Source of the DNA: an uncultured Candidatus Saccharibacteria bacterium
GTDB lineage: Bacteria; Patescibacteriota; Saccharimonadia; Saccharimonadales; Saccharimonadaceae
Assembly (NCBI GenBank): GCA_949070545.1
Contig: CARTQV010000001.1
Coordinates: 1 to 38,079, forward strand
DNA length: 38,079 nt
Reading direction: 5' to 3'
Made by a program: the position numbers and the translations under genes. The notes under the pieces are model-generated. The model saw only the letters and a program-made list of their open reading frames with translations. It did not search any database and was not told the DNA's origin. Positions within the stretch are counted from its first letter, which is position 1; every line of letters begins with the position of its first letter. Shown in pieces: positions 8,741 to 17,945 of the stretch.

Positions 8741-10084
8741 GTGAGTCTGATATCGATTTTGCTGTTTGCGACGGCAGTGTTGGTGTTTTTGGTCGGATTG
8801 GTAACTTTCATCGGTTCGTCTGCAAAAGAACGGAAGAGCAGTTTTTGGTTTTTATTAGCAGCGATTGCTTCGACGGTTTGGACGGTTGCGATTGCGGTTT
8901 TCCTTGCGTTGCCAGTCGAAGCGACAGAAGTTGCGCCGAGAGTGATTTTGGTGATTTATGTCGGCGCGTTTTTGGTTTCGCCGACGGCCTTAGGCTATGT
9001 GGGCTGGAAATATCGGATTGGGCGAATCTTGACGGTTATTTCTCTGCTAGCGGGAGCTTGTCTTGGCGTAGTGATTTTGCGACATCCGGAGTTACTCTAT
9101 TCAGGTTTTACTTTGGCGCGAACTGGAAATAGTGTCGAATTGGTCCATAACTGGTTCAATTTTGTTTATATTGGATATTTTGTGTTAGTGATGGGAAGTT
9201 TCTGTTTTATGGCTTATCGTTCGGCGATGAAAGCAACAAGTAAGCGTATGCGCATGGGGCTGGGGATTTTTGCGATTGGAATGTTGATTGAAGCGACCTG
9301 TGCGGGGATTTTCGATTTAATCTTGCCACTTTATGTGCGTTATGATCTGATTTGGGTTGGGCCACTGGTGCTCAGTGTAGTGATTGTGGCGTTTTTCTAC
9401 GCTGCATTGAAATATCGCATTGTTTCAGTCATGCGCGGTTGGCTGAAGGTGATGTCTTATGTTGTGATTTTGGCGAGTGGCGCGGTGGTGTATATGGTGA
9501 TTTTCTACTTGATTTTTACCGCTTTGTTCAAGATCCCAAATCCATCGACGTCGGTTTTGGTTTTGAATTTCTTGATGATTGTGATTGTATTACTGCTCAT
9601 GCCAGTGATTAATGAAATTGCTGCTTCGATTCGTTCGATGATTTCGGTGGGGCAGGTTGATTTGGCCTATGTTGTGAAAAAGCTAAATCGTATTGCGACG
9701 AAGAATGTCAATTTGAAAGATTTAGCGGCGTTTTTGGCAGATCATCTGCACTTTGCTTATATCGGCTTTGTGATTAACGGGCGGCTTTATGGTTCAAAAG
9801 CCTTGGCAGTCTCGGCGGAAGAATTGACAAAAATCGCACATCTACGCGCGGTACCGCACGGAGTTTGGCAAGAGCCAACAAAACAAGTGCAAGAAATTTT
9901 GGATAATTTGGGCTTGAAGGCGGTGGCGGAATTAAAGAATGCGAAAGGTAAACCATTTGGGCAGATTATCGTCGGAAAGCCGCTGGGAAAGACAAACTTT
10001 GAGCGACGCGATCTTGTGCAGCTTGAGATGATTATTAATCTCGTGGCAATGGTAATTGATTCGGAAAAACATTTGCGAGCATAA
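8741..10084 (+). CDS. Multi-TM sensor protein (HisKA_7TM-like N-terminus plus GAF-like C-terminus, no kinase domain)
   Basis: About 9 hydrophobic segments, YAALKYR motif, C-terminal GQIIVGK...FERRDLVQLEMI; no H-box or ATPase motifs. Confidence 0.65.
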   Translation: MSLISILLFATAVLVFLVGLVTFIGSSAKERKSSFWFLLAAIASTVWTVAIAVFLALPVEATEVAPRVILVIYVGAFLVSPTALGYVGWKYRIGRILTVISLLAGACLGVVILRHPELLYSGFTLARTGNSVELVHNWFNFVYIGYFVLVMGSFCFMAYRSAMKATSKRMRMGLGIFAIGMLIEATCAGIFDLILPLYVRYDLIWVGPLVLSVVIVAFFYAALKYRIVSVMRGWLKVMSYVVILASGAVVYMVIFYLIFTALFKIPNPSTSVLVLNFLMIVIVLLLMPVINEIAASIRSMISVGQVDLAYVVKKLNRIATKNVNLKDLAAFLADHLHFAYIGFVINGRLYGSKALAVSAEELTKIAHLRAVPHGVWQEPTKQVQEILDNLGLKAVAELKNAKGKPFGQIIVGKPLGKTNFERRDLVQLEMIINLVAMVIDSEKHLRA

Positions 10085-10097
10085 CGGGAATTAGACG

Positions 10098-11087
10098 ATG
10101 ACAGCAAAATTGATGCACCAGACGAAGATGATGATTCTTCTCTCGCTAAATGCGGTGGCGATTTTGATTGTGGGCGTGATGATTTTTAGCGCGATTAATC
10201 TGAACGGGGGGATTGAGTTTCAAGTGGTGGCGGAGCGTAGCGATGTTGTGAATGACCAGTTGGAGGAGCTGGGACTGGTGGCCCCAGTAACGGATGAGCT
10301 GAGTGCACCAGTGGTTTCGGCGAGTGCTTCGACGAGTGGACCGAATACGAATGGTTATATCGCGACAGGTAGTGGGACGCGTAGCAGTGGAGGGATTAGC
10401 AAGGACCCAGTGCCGAATGGGCAACTTTGGAACGAAGACTCGATTGTGATTTTTCAGACGGCGGATTTTGACATTTGTGTTGGGGGTGGAATGACAGATC
10501 TTGGTGATATGTATTGGCAATCAAGCAACACTAGTGTGATTGCGGGATTTTATAATACGGCGCGGACATGGCTTGGGTATAACCCGGGTGGCTGTCGTTA
10601 TCCAGCGATTGTGGGGACGGGGACGACAGAAATTACGGCAGGGACGTATGATGGTAGCCGCTATGACAAATTGACTGTGACGGTGATTGCTCCGCCAGTT
10701 GAACAATGGAAACGTGATGTTTTAGACCTCGTGAATCAAGAGCGCGCGAAAAATGGTCTCGGAGCGTTAGGCTGGAGTGCGAGTTGTGAAGGCGCAGCAA
10801 ATACGCGCGCGAAAGAGATTATGACGAGTTATTCGCATACGCGACCTGATGGCTCGAGTTGGTCGACGGCATGTCCGATCCCGAGCAGTGGGGGTATGAG
10901 TGGTGAGAACTTGAATGCTGGAAATGCAGCGGTGTCGCCGGAAACGGTTGTAGCGTCGTGGATGGCGTCACCTGAACATCGTGCGAATATTTTGAATCCG
11001 GATTTCAAGAATCTCGCAGTTGGATTTGTATTTGATCCTGGTTCGCAGCACAAGACTTTCTGGTCGCAGTACTTTACGACTTGGTAG
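10098..11087 (+). CDS. Membrane-anchored CAP/SCP-domain protein with Ig-like domain
   Basis: LVNQERAKNGL, YSHTRPDG, GENL, WMASPEHRANILNP; WQSSNTSV...GTGTTEITA Big_2-like segment. Confidence 0.88.
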   Translation: MTAKLMHQTKMMILLSLNAVAILIVGVMIFSAINLNGGIEFQVVAERSDVVNDQLEELGLVAPVTDELSAPVVSASASTSGPNTNGYIATGSGTRSSGGISKDPVPNGQLWNEDSIVIFQTADFDICVGGGMTDLGDMYWQSSNTSVIAGFYNTARTWLGYNPGGCRYPAIVGTGTTEITAGTYDGSRYDKLTVTVIAPPVEQWKRDVLDLVNQERAKNGLGALGWSASCEGAANTRAKEIMTSYSHTRPDGSSWSTACPIPSSGGMSGENLNAGNAAVSPETVVASWMASPEHRANILNPDFKNLAVGFVFDPGSQHKTFWSQYFTTW

Positions 11088-11169
11088 TGTGGGTGTAGTA
11101 AGGGGAGCGGAGTGTATGGTGCGCGAGTAGGACTAAGCCGTGGTCCGTGTTGTTCTGTGCATTATGCTC

Positions 11170-11841
11170 CTATAGGAGGTCGGCGACGATATGAAGTTTG
11201 ATGTGACCGTTTTGGGACAGGCTTTCGTGGAGTTTGATGAAAGATGGGAGACGGTGAAGAAACTTTGGGCTTTTGGTCTTGAAATAAGATTTATATAACA
11301 ATTCGATAGCGGTGCTGACGACTGCAAGCGTATGCTCGCGAGGCTGAGGTTTCATTTTGACGAGGTCGGCGGCAATAGCTGGTAATTCGCGTGGTCCAGC
11401 AGCGATGAGTTTTTTTGCGTCGGCGAGGACTTGCCCGTTTACTTTTGGCGCGGATTTTAGGATGTCTTTTTTATGCGGGTAAAAGATTTGGGCGCGTGAG
11501 AGGATCGTTGGCAACAAGCTCGCAGGGTTTTCGGTAAGGAGGACAAAATGGCAATGTGCTTTTGGCTCTTCAAAAGTCTTTAAAAAAGCGTTTTCTGCTG
11601 GCTCATTCATGGCGTCGGCGGGTGCGATGATGAAATAACGCTCGGAAGTTTCGCGACTATTTGTCAAAGTAAGAAAATCGCGAATTTGCTCGACGGTAAT
11701 GACGGATGTTTTTTTGTCGTCGCTAGGTTTCAAAGTCAACGCATGTTTTAAACCGAGGTCGGCATCGAATGGAAGGGCGACTACGGCACAAGAAACCTTT
11801 TCTAAAATAGTTTTCAGTTGTTTTTCATCTTCAAAAAACAT
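11170..11841 (-). CDS. holB: DNA polymerase III delta' (HolB)-like protein
   Basis: ITVEQIR, ADAMNEPAENAFLKTFEEP, LLPTILSRAQ; no Walker A; ATG 11841 preferred over TTG 11862. Confidence 0.8.
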   Translation of the reverse strand: MFFEDEKQLKTILEKVSCAVVALPFDADLGLKHALTLKPSDDKKTSVITVEQIRDFLTLTNSRETSERYFIIAPADAMNEPAENAFLKTFEEPKAHCHFVLLTENPASLLPTILSRAQIFYPHKKDILKSAPKVNGQVLADAKKLIAAGPRELPAIAADLVKMKPQPREHTLAVVSTAIELLYKSYFKTKSPKFLHRLPSFIKLHESLSQNGHIKLHIVADLL

Positions 11842-11849
11842 AAAAATTA

Positions 11850-11878
11850 TTGACTTTTTCAATTAAGTGTGATATAAT
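11850..11878 (+). promoter_or_regulatory. Near-consensus sigma70 promoter with no downstream plus-strand gene (antisense to the rluD-like gene)
   Basis: TTGACT-N17-TATAAT plus TG extension. Confidence 0.5.
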
Positions 11879-11891
11879 GAAAGGATAGGGT

Positions 11892-12827
11892 CTATTTTTC
11901 TTCATCATTTCGGACATAATCTAAAAATTCCTTTGGTAATTCAGAACGAAAAATCTTCCGCTTTCCGCCGTTTTCTCCTGGAATGGTGATTTCGAGTTCC
12001 TTCGCATGCAGAAAAAGTCGTTCGCCTTTTCCGTCGCCATAAACGACGTCACCGACAATCGGAACGCCGAGGTATTTCAAGTGTACGCGGAGTTGATGAG
12101 TACGACCGGTGGTTGGTTTTAACTCAAGCAAGGAATATTTGTCATTTTTTGCTAGTACTTTGTAATAAGTTTGGGAAGATTTGCCGTTTTGATCGACCTG
12201 GAAGGTGGTTGGGCGCTTCAGATTTCGAGCGATCGGTAGATCAATCATTGCCTCATCAAGCTTTGGATGCCCAGCGACGACGGCGTAATAAGTTTTGTGA
12301 GTTTTGCGGTCTTGGAACTGTTTGCGGAGCATTTTCTGGGTTGTAGAATCTTTCGCAAGGATAACAACCCCACTGGTATCGCGGTCTAATCGATGCACGA
12401 GTAGACCATAATCTTCCAAGGTCGGTTCGGGACAATATTCTCCTTTTGCCATGCTAAGTAGTCCGGCCGGTTTGTCCAAAACGAGGACGTGTTCATCTTC
12501 ATAAATTACAGGCGGGCGAGGTGGTAAATCGGTCGCTTTCGGAACGTTCAGAATGATTTTTGCTTCAGGTAAAACTTTTGTGTTAGGCTTTTTTGCAACT
12601 TCGCCATCGACCGTAACATAACCATTCTTAATAAAAGTCTGCAGACTGGAACGGTTATATTCAGGGTGTTGTTGGACTAAAAGATGGTCTAAACGAGATT
12701 TTTCGGGAGCATTGTCTTCCTTGGCAAGTTCAAGATCGCCATTCACTACTCGAGAGAGCTCTGGTTTGCTGAATTTTTTTCCTGTGATGATCACTGTTTT
12801 CCCCTTTTCTGGAGAGACGATGTCCAA
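11892..12827 (-). CDS. rluD: RluA/RluD-family pseudouridine synthase with S4 domain
   Basis: RLDHLL S4 domain, VHRLDRDTSG, TGRTHQLRVH, LHAKEL. Confidence 0.9.
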   Translation of the reverse strand: MDIVSPEKGKTVIITGKKFSKPELSRVVNGDLELAKEDNAPEKSRLDHLLVQQHPEYNRSSLQTFIKNGYVTVDGEVAKKPNTKVLPEAKIILNVPKATDLPPRPPVIYEDEHVLVLDKPAGLLSMAKGEYCPEPTLEDYGLLVHRLDRDTSGVVILAKDSTTQKMLRKQFQDRKTHKTYYAVVAGHPKLDEAMIDLPIARNLKRPTTFQVDQNGKSSQTYYKVLAKNDKYSLLELKPTTGRTHQLRVHLKYLGVPIVGDVVYGDGKGERLFLHAKELEITIPGENGGKRKIFRSELPKEFLDYVRNDEEK

Positions 12828-12876
12828 TTACAAAAGGACAAAGCTTCACGAAAACTAGACGCACATCCTAATTGAT

Positions 12877-13896
12877 CTAACGTAGTCCAACACATTTTTG
12901 GACCTCATGTAGCTTCTGGTTTGCTACGGTGTTGGCATAGACTTCGCCGGTTTGGAGCAAATCGAAAACAACGCCATCGTCGATGTCAGCAAGCTTTTCT
13001 TGGAAGACTTCGAGGAAAGTTTGGACGCTTTCCGCGACTTTTTGTTTCAAATCACCGTAGTGCGTTTCGCCTGCCCAAGTTGAAATCACATCCTGGAGTG
13101 GAAGATCATTAAGCAGGGCCTCGATTTGTAATAAATTGCTGATCCCGGGTTGGTTGAACATGTCGTATTGGATTTTGCCGAGACTGTCGGTCGTGGCGGA
13201 CATGATTTTTCTCGCGGCGGCACTTGGTTCGTCGGAAAGCATGATTTTGCTGTTTGGGGATGGGGTGGATTTGCTCATTTTTTTCTCGGGATTTTGGAGA
13301 TCGCGAATCCGAATACCATCATTTACGGACATAAATTCAACTTGTTCCTTTGGTGTGGCGGGTAGGACAAAAATGTCACCGTATTTCTTGTTGAAACGTT
13401 CGGCGAGACGACGAGTGAGCTCGATGTGTTGGAATTGGTCTTCACCAACTGGAATATAGGTCGCGTCGTAGAGTAGAATGTCGGACGCCATGAGCACGGG
13501 GTAGTCGAAAATCCCAACTCCGACGCTGTCTTTGCCGGAACTTTTGTCTTTAAATTGGGTCATACGGTTCAGCTCGCCCATGGTTGCGACGCAGTTCAAA
13601 ATCCAACAGAGCTCGGAATGGGCTGGGACACGAGATTGACGATAAAGGTGGACATGAGGCGTGATTTCGAGGCCGGCAGCGAGATAATATTTCAGCGATC
13701 GAACCAGATTCGCCTGTAGTTCCCCATCGACAGAGTCAATGATGGAGTGAAGATCGGGGACGAAGATATTGATTTCAGAAGAATCGCTATGTTTGTTGGC
13801 GAGGCGCACCATCGGAAGCAGGGCTCCGAGGAAGTTACCAAGTGTGATAACGCTGTTGACACGCATGCCGGTAAGAATTGTAGGTGATTTTTTCAT
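12877..13896 (-). CDS. trpS: Tryptophanyl-tRNA synthetase
   Basis: HIGH-like TLGN, MTQFKDK, YPVLMASDIL, PVGEDQFQH, KMSKS. Confidence 0.97.
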   Translation of the reverse strand: MKKSPTILTGMRVNSVITLGNFLGALLPMVRLANKHSDSSEINIFVPDLHSIIDSVDGELQANLVRSLKYYLAAGLEITPHVHLYRQSRVPAHSELCWILNCVATMGELNRMTQFKDKSSGKDSVGVGIFDYPVLMASDILLYDATYIPVGEDQFQHIELTRRLAERFNKKYGDIFVLPATPKEQVEFMSVNDGIRIRDLQNPEKKMSKSTPSPNSKIMLSDEPSAAARKIMSATTDSLGKIQYDMFNQPGISNLLQIEALLNDLPLQDVISTWAGETHYGDLKQKVAESVQTFLEVFQEKLADIDDGVVFDLLQTGEVYANTVANQKLHEVQKCVGLR

Positions 13897-13935
13897 AATC
13901 TTATTATAGCATAAACTATGATATAATTATATGAG

Positions 13936-15195
13936 ATGAAAATTGCAATTACTTCGGATTTGTATTATCCGATGACGAATGGAGTCGCGGTTTTTGCGCA
14001 TAATTTAGCGAAAGGTCTGGCGAAGCACGGTCACGAGGTTTTGGTGATTTGTCCGAGTTTTAGCGGGAAAAAACATCGTGTACGTCGCGATGGTGTGACG
14101 ACGGTTTATTTGCGCTCGATACGGTTTCCATTTTATCCTGACCAGATTAACAAAGTTCCCGATAATAAGGAGCTACTAGGAGTTTCTCTGCCGAGGTTGG
14201 CGTATCGTCATGGGCTGTGGGTGGCGGTAGAGCCGTATCCTGAGTTAAAGAAGACTTTGGACCGTTTTCGTCCAGATGTAATCCATAACCAGACTGCAGA
14301 AATGATTGCAATCGCAGCACGGCGTTATGCGAAGAGATATGACGTACCGATGGTCTCGACAGGGCATGCTTATCCAGATAATATTACAGGGCAGTTGAAA
14401 CTATTAAAACCGCTGAAAAAACCGCTAGACGCAATGCTCAGGACTTATATGGCGAGTTTTTTGAAACATTCGGAGTATGCGACGATGCCGACGGAGATGG
14501 CAATTGAGGATCTGGTGCCGAAAAATCGTAAACGGTTCCAGGTAACGGTTGAACCGTTGTCAAACGGAGTTGATTTGTCGCAGTTTGGGCCGAAAAAGCC
14601 GACAGCGCGGATTTATAAGAAGTTTCGGTTGCCGAAGGATCGGCCAATTGTGCTCTATGTTGGGCGAGTGGACCCAGAAAAAAGTATTAGTAATGTTGTG
14701 ATGGCATTTGCGAATATGCTCGAAAAGGTTCCAGAGGCGATGTTGGTGATCGTGGGGGATGGGACCGATCGTCAGCATCTCGTAGATTTGGTGCAGGCAC
14801 TTGGGATTGAACAGTCAGTGCGCTTTCTCGGACGGGTGTATCCGCCAGAGATTATGGAAGTTTATCGGACGGCGACAGTGTTTGCGACGGCGAGCGAAAC
14901 AGAAACGCAAGGAATTGTTTTGATTGAGGCAGCGGCGACTGGGTTGCCGCTGGTGGCGGTAGATGCGGGGGCAGTGCGCGAACTTTGTCAGAACAAGAAA
15001 AATGGGTTGCTTTGTCATGCGGGTGACGTCGATGAAATGACAAATGCGTTAGTGAAGATCTTGAGGCATAAGGATGTGCGTGAACGGTATGGAAAAGCTA
15101 GTCTCGAAATTGCGAAGAAGCACGACCTTGGTGTGACTTTGAAGCGGTTTGAAGAGATCTATCAGGAAGCAATCAGGCTGAAAGAAAACGAATAA
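13936..15195 (+). CDS. GT4 glycosyltransferase (diacylglycerol glucosyltransferase-like)
   Basis: MKIAITSDLYYP..NGV, LYVGRVDPEK, ETQGIVLIEA EX7E motif. Confidence 0.92.
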   Translation: MKIAITSDLYYPMTNGVAVFAHNLAKGLAKHGHEVLVICPSFSGKKHRVRRDGVTTVYLRSIRFPFYPDQINKVPDNKELLGVSLPRLAYRHGLWVAVEPYPELKKTLDRFRPDVIHNQTAEMIAIAARRYAKRYDVPMVSTGHAYPDNITGQLKLLKPLKKPLDAMLRTYMASFLKHSEYATMPTEMAIEDLVPKNRKRFQVTVEPLSNGVDLSQFGPKKPTARIYKKFRLPKDRPIVLYVGRVDPEKSISNVVMAFANMLEKVPEAMLVIVGDGTDRQHLVDLVQALGIEQSVRFLGRVYPPEIMEVYRTATVFATASETETQGIVLIEAAATGLPLVAVDAGAVRELCQNKKNGLLCHAGDVDEMTNALVKILRHKDVRERYGKASLEIAKKHDLGVTLKRFEEIYQEAIRLKENE

Positions 15196-15919
15196 TCTCA
15201 GTGGCGGTTTCGTGAGGTTTCTCGTAATTATGGAGATGTCCTGAGTCAGGAATGAAGATAGCGGTGGCACCAAGCTTTTTTGCGAGTTGTTCAGTGGCGG
15301 ATTTTTTGATGAGGCGGTCAGTTTCGCCGGCGAGTAGCAGGGTTTTTTGCAAAAAATCAAAGTCGGTGATACTAGAAAATGCAGAAAACTTGGCGGAAGC
15401 TAAAATATCGCGTTTTTTGGGAGGATGGTCGTTGCTGCAATCATGGGTGATGGCAAGGGCTTTTCGAAAAAGTGTTCGATCTTTGGGGACGAAAAGATAA
15501 CGTGTGGTCAGATAATCGACTAGTCGAGCTGGAAACAGGGCGGAAAGTGGCGTTAGAGCGGCGAAAAATTTCGCGGGTTTTGTTGAAATTGGAGACATTA
15601 GGATAATGCGTTCGCCGACTAGTTCTGGATAACGCTCGGCGGTTACGGCGACGATGATTGAGCCCATGGAATGTCCGATGAGGATGGGCTTTTTGAGTTT
15701 TTTCTTCTTGATAAAATTCGCTAAGAAATCAGCGTAAGTTTCGTTGGAATAAGCCTCGAGAGGTTTTGCGCCAGCAAAGGGCGGCACGGCAGGAGCATAA
15801 ACTTTATATCCGACTTTTTCGAGGTCGCGTTTAATTTCTCTCAAGCCAAGGGGTGAACCGCGTAGGCCATGCACAAGGATAATTGGCGATTCTTGGAGTT
15901 TTTCACCTTTTTTGGACAT
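15173..15919 (-). CDS. Alpha/beta-fold hydrolase
   Basis: ILVHGL, GHSMG nucleophile elbow, GETD, SGHL. Confidence 0.9.
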   Translation of the reverse strand: MSKKGEKLQESPIILVHGLRGSPLGLREIKRDLEKVGYKVYAPAVPPFAGAKPLEAYSNETYADFLANFIKKKKLKKPILIGHSMGSIIVAVTAERYPELVGERIILMSPISTKPAKFFAALTPLSALFPARLVDYLTTRYLFVPKDRTLFRKALAITHDCSNDHPPKKRDILASAKFSAFSSITDFDFLQKTLLLAGETDRLIKKSATEQLAKKLGATAIFIPDSGHLHNYEKPHETATEIIRFLSA

Positions 15920-16132
15920 CTATTTCCCTTTTTCGAGGTTTTTCAGGGCGGATTTGATCGCGGGGCGATCGAACCCAACGATGCGCTCCCCGTCAATTTC
16001 GGTGACAGGGACAGAATTAATGCCAGGGACTTTTGAAGCATCAACTTCTTCGTATTCGATACCTTGTTGGTCAAGCCAGTCCATGAGAGCATGGCACCAA
16101 GGGCAGGTTGTGGTTGTATAAACTTTGATCAT
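15920..16132 (-). CDS. Glutaredoxin (NrdH-like)
   Basis: MIKVYTTTTCPWC, SVP, IVGFD; ATG 16132 lies 6 nt after TGcTATAAT. Confidence 0.9.
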   Translation of the reverse strand: MIKVYTTTTCPWCHALMDWLDQQGIEYEEVDASKVPGINSVPVTEIDGERIVGFDRPAIKSALKNLEKGK

Positions 16133-16297
16133 AGAATTATTATAGCATATAAGAACTCGCCATTTCACTTATTATCAGCACTTTTACGCCTAACTACTGA
16201 TAATTTCTTTGTGAAAATCCGAAGATGATTTCTGTCATCTTTTACTATTTCCAATATATCAAACCATTGCCTTTTTGTCAACCCACAAATTATTATC

Positions 16298-16326
16298 GGG
16301 TGTCAAGCAATACTGCAATGACACCC
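16298..16326 (-). terminator. Hairpin after the recombinase stop
   Basis: GGGTGTCA...TGACACCC with inner GCA/TGC pairing; weak U-tract. Confidence 0.45.
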
Positions 16327-16333
16327 ATTTCCC

Positions 16334-17290
16334 CTAGTTCGTCTTTTTAATCGTGATACGAGGCAACACATAAAGCAAATTGGCTATACTAGCCTTTATT
16401 CGAGCCCGAACTAGCGGTATCCTTACTTCCCGCTCAATGTCTTCGATCGTAATTCCATCAAGATCGCTTAAATAGTGCTCTGTGATCGCTTCGGTTGAGT
16501 GGCCTAGTGCAAGCTGGATCTTGCGTGTCGATAGCCCTAGCATTTTTAATTCAGTAGCAAATGAGTGCCGCAAATCGTGCGGACGGAAATTACTAAACCC
16601 AGCTGCCTTGAACGCTGCCTCCATTGCTTTTCTTGCATCTTCTTGGCAAACATGCCCCTTGCTATTTCTTCCTACCCAGAGGTAGTCTTGTACTTTATTT
16701 TTCTTTATCCAATGTTTGAGCAGTCGTTTTGTCTTTTTGCTCATTATGACCCAACGCAACTTCCTCCCCTTGCCAATGATTTTTAGTTTACGCCCATGAA
16801 TACTAGATAGCCTTAAACTCACCATCTCCTCGATCCGTAGACCACAGTCAAAAGACAGCATTATCATTAATTTGGTTCGCTGATCAGCGAATATCAGTGC
16901 CGTCCGTATTTGTTGTCTCGTATAGTATTGCTTCCTTGCTGGCTCTTCTTTTTGCATTGCGATGCGTGATAGTTTAAGTCCGGGCATTAAAATATTCTCG
17001 TCCTTCTGCCATTTCAGCATAGTTTTTAGCTAGTAAACATAGTTATTGATTGTGCGTCCAGTATTCCCCTTCGATTTATTCCAATCGATCCAATCAAATA
17101 TTTGCTGGTTGGTAATATCTTCTACTCGTTTTACCCCAGAAAACCTGATAAAGTTGTTAACACTGTTAGTTTTGGCTTTGATTGTCTCTTGCGTAAAACC
17201 CCGTACCTGTCGGCTAAAATTATAAAATTCTAGCACTTGTTGATAAATCGGATATTCCGGATCCGTAACTTTTTCTAGCCCGTAAGGCAT
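16334..17290 (-). pseudogene. Tyrosine recombinase/integrase interrupted by one in-frame TAG (17030-17032)
   Basis: ORFs 17030-17308 and 16334-17020 share a frame (NNYVY*LKTMLKW); catalytic GLR, KG, HDLRH, LGH, TEHY intact; likely start ATG 17290 after GAGGAG. Confidence 0.85.
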
Positions 17291-17380
17291 ACAAAAACTC
17301 CTCTCCACCCATTAAGTTGATATGATGGAGAGGTTAGTCTCGGTATAGCGTATCCGTGAGATAATACATTATACCGAACG

Positions 17381-17689
17381 CTATTTCATTTCTGGTTGAG
17401 CTTTGGCTGCTCCAATGAAATAAGCAAAATGATTCGTGATCCCAGCGTTTTCTCGCATGGCACTTTCATAAAGCTGCCATACTTTATCCTCACTCATTCG
17501 GTTAAAACACTTACGCAAGAAACCAAGACTATTGTCTGCAACTGGACCGAACTTTTGTTGCAAATGTTTGGCGTGTTGCAAAGCCTGCCATCGTCTTTGC
17601 CTTTCCTGCCTGTCTTTAATGTTAGCGTTAATGCTGTTTCCTTTGGAAACTTCTTTAACATTAAAGTTAATGTTATCGTTCCTCTCCAT
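17381..17689 (-). CDS. Phage hypothetical protein, 102 aa (Asn-rich N-terminus, helical C-terminus)
   Basis: GGAGG RBS; same strand and directly upstream of the recombinase. Confidence 0.65.
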   Translation of the reverse strand: MERNDNINFNVKEVSKGNSINANIKDRQERQRRWQALQHAKHLQQKFGPVADNSLGFLRKCFNRMSEDKVWQLYESAMRENAGITNHFAYFIGAAKAQPEMK

Positions 17690-17824
17690 AAATTACCTCC
17701 GTACTTAGCGTATCAAAAACCCTCGCTCTACGAGCTTTTTCTACGACGAATTATATTGACACAAAATACCAGAGCGAGGCAAATTGTATCGTACCTAATA
17801 TATAAGCGAAAGAGTTTTGGGAAT

Positions 17825-17864
17825 GTAAAATCCCCAAAGCGTTCCGCATTTGGGGCTATTTTAC
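17825..17864. terminator. Terminator-like hairpin
   Basis: GTAAAAT-CCCCAAA-GCG-TTC-CGC-A-TTTGGGG-CT-ATTTTAC. Confidence 0.55.
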
Positions 17865-17898
17865 TACCGCACAGTCATCCTAAATGGATCTTGTTTAG

Positions 17899-17927
17899 AG
17901 TATAGCAAAGGTTAAGTAAAAAGTCAA
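17899..17927 (-). promoter_or_regulatory. Sigma70 promoter toward the 102-aa gene and recombinase
   Basis: TTGACT-N17-TATACT on the minus strand. Confidence 0.65.
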
Positions 17928-17945
17928 TAGTAGCAGATGGACTTT

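Noticed and set aside
17396..17905. 169-aa plus-strand ORF and other antisense ORFs (e.g. 776-1126, 28038-28586)
   Set aside because: Shadow ORFs over better-supported genes or regulatory DNA, with no RBS or recognisable motifs.
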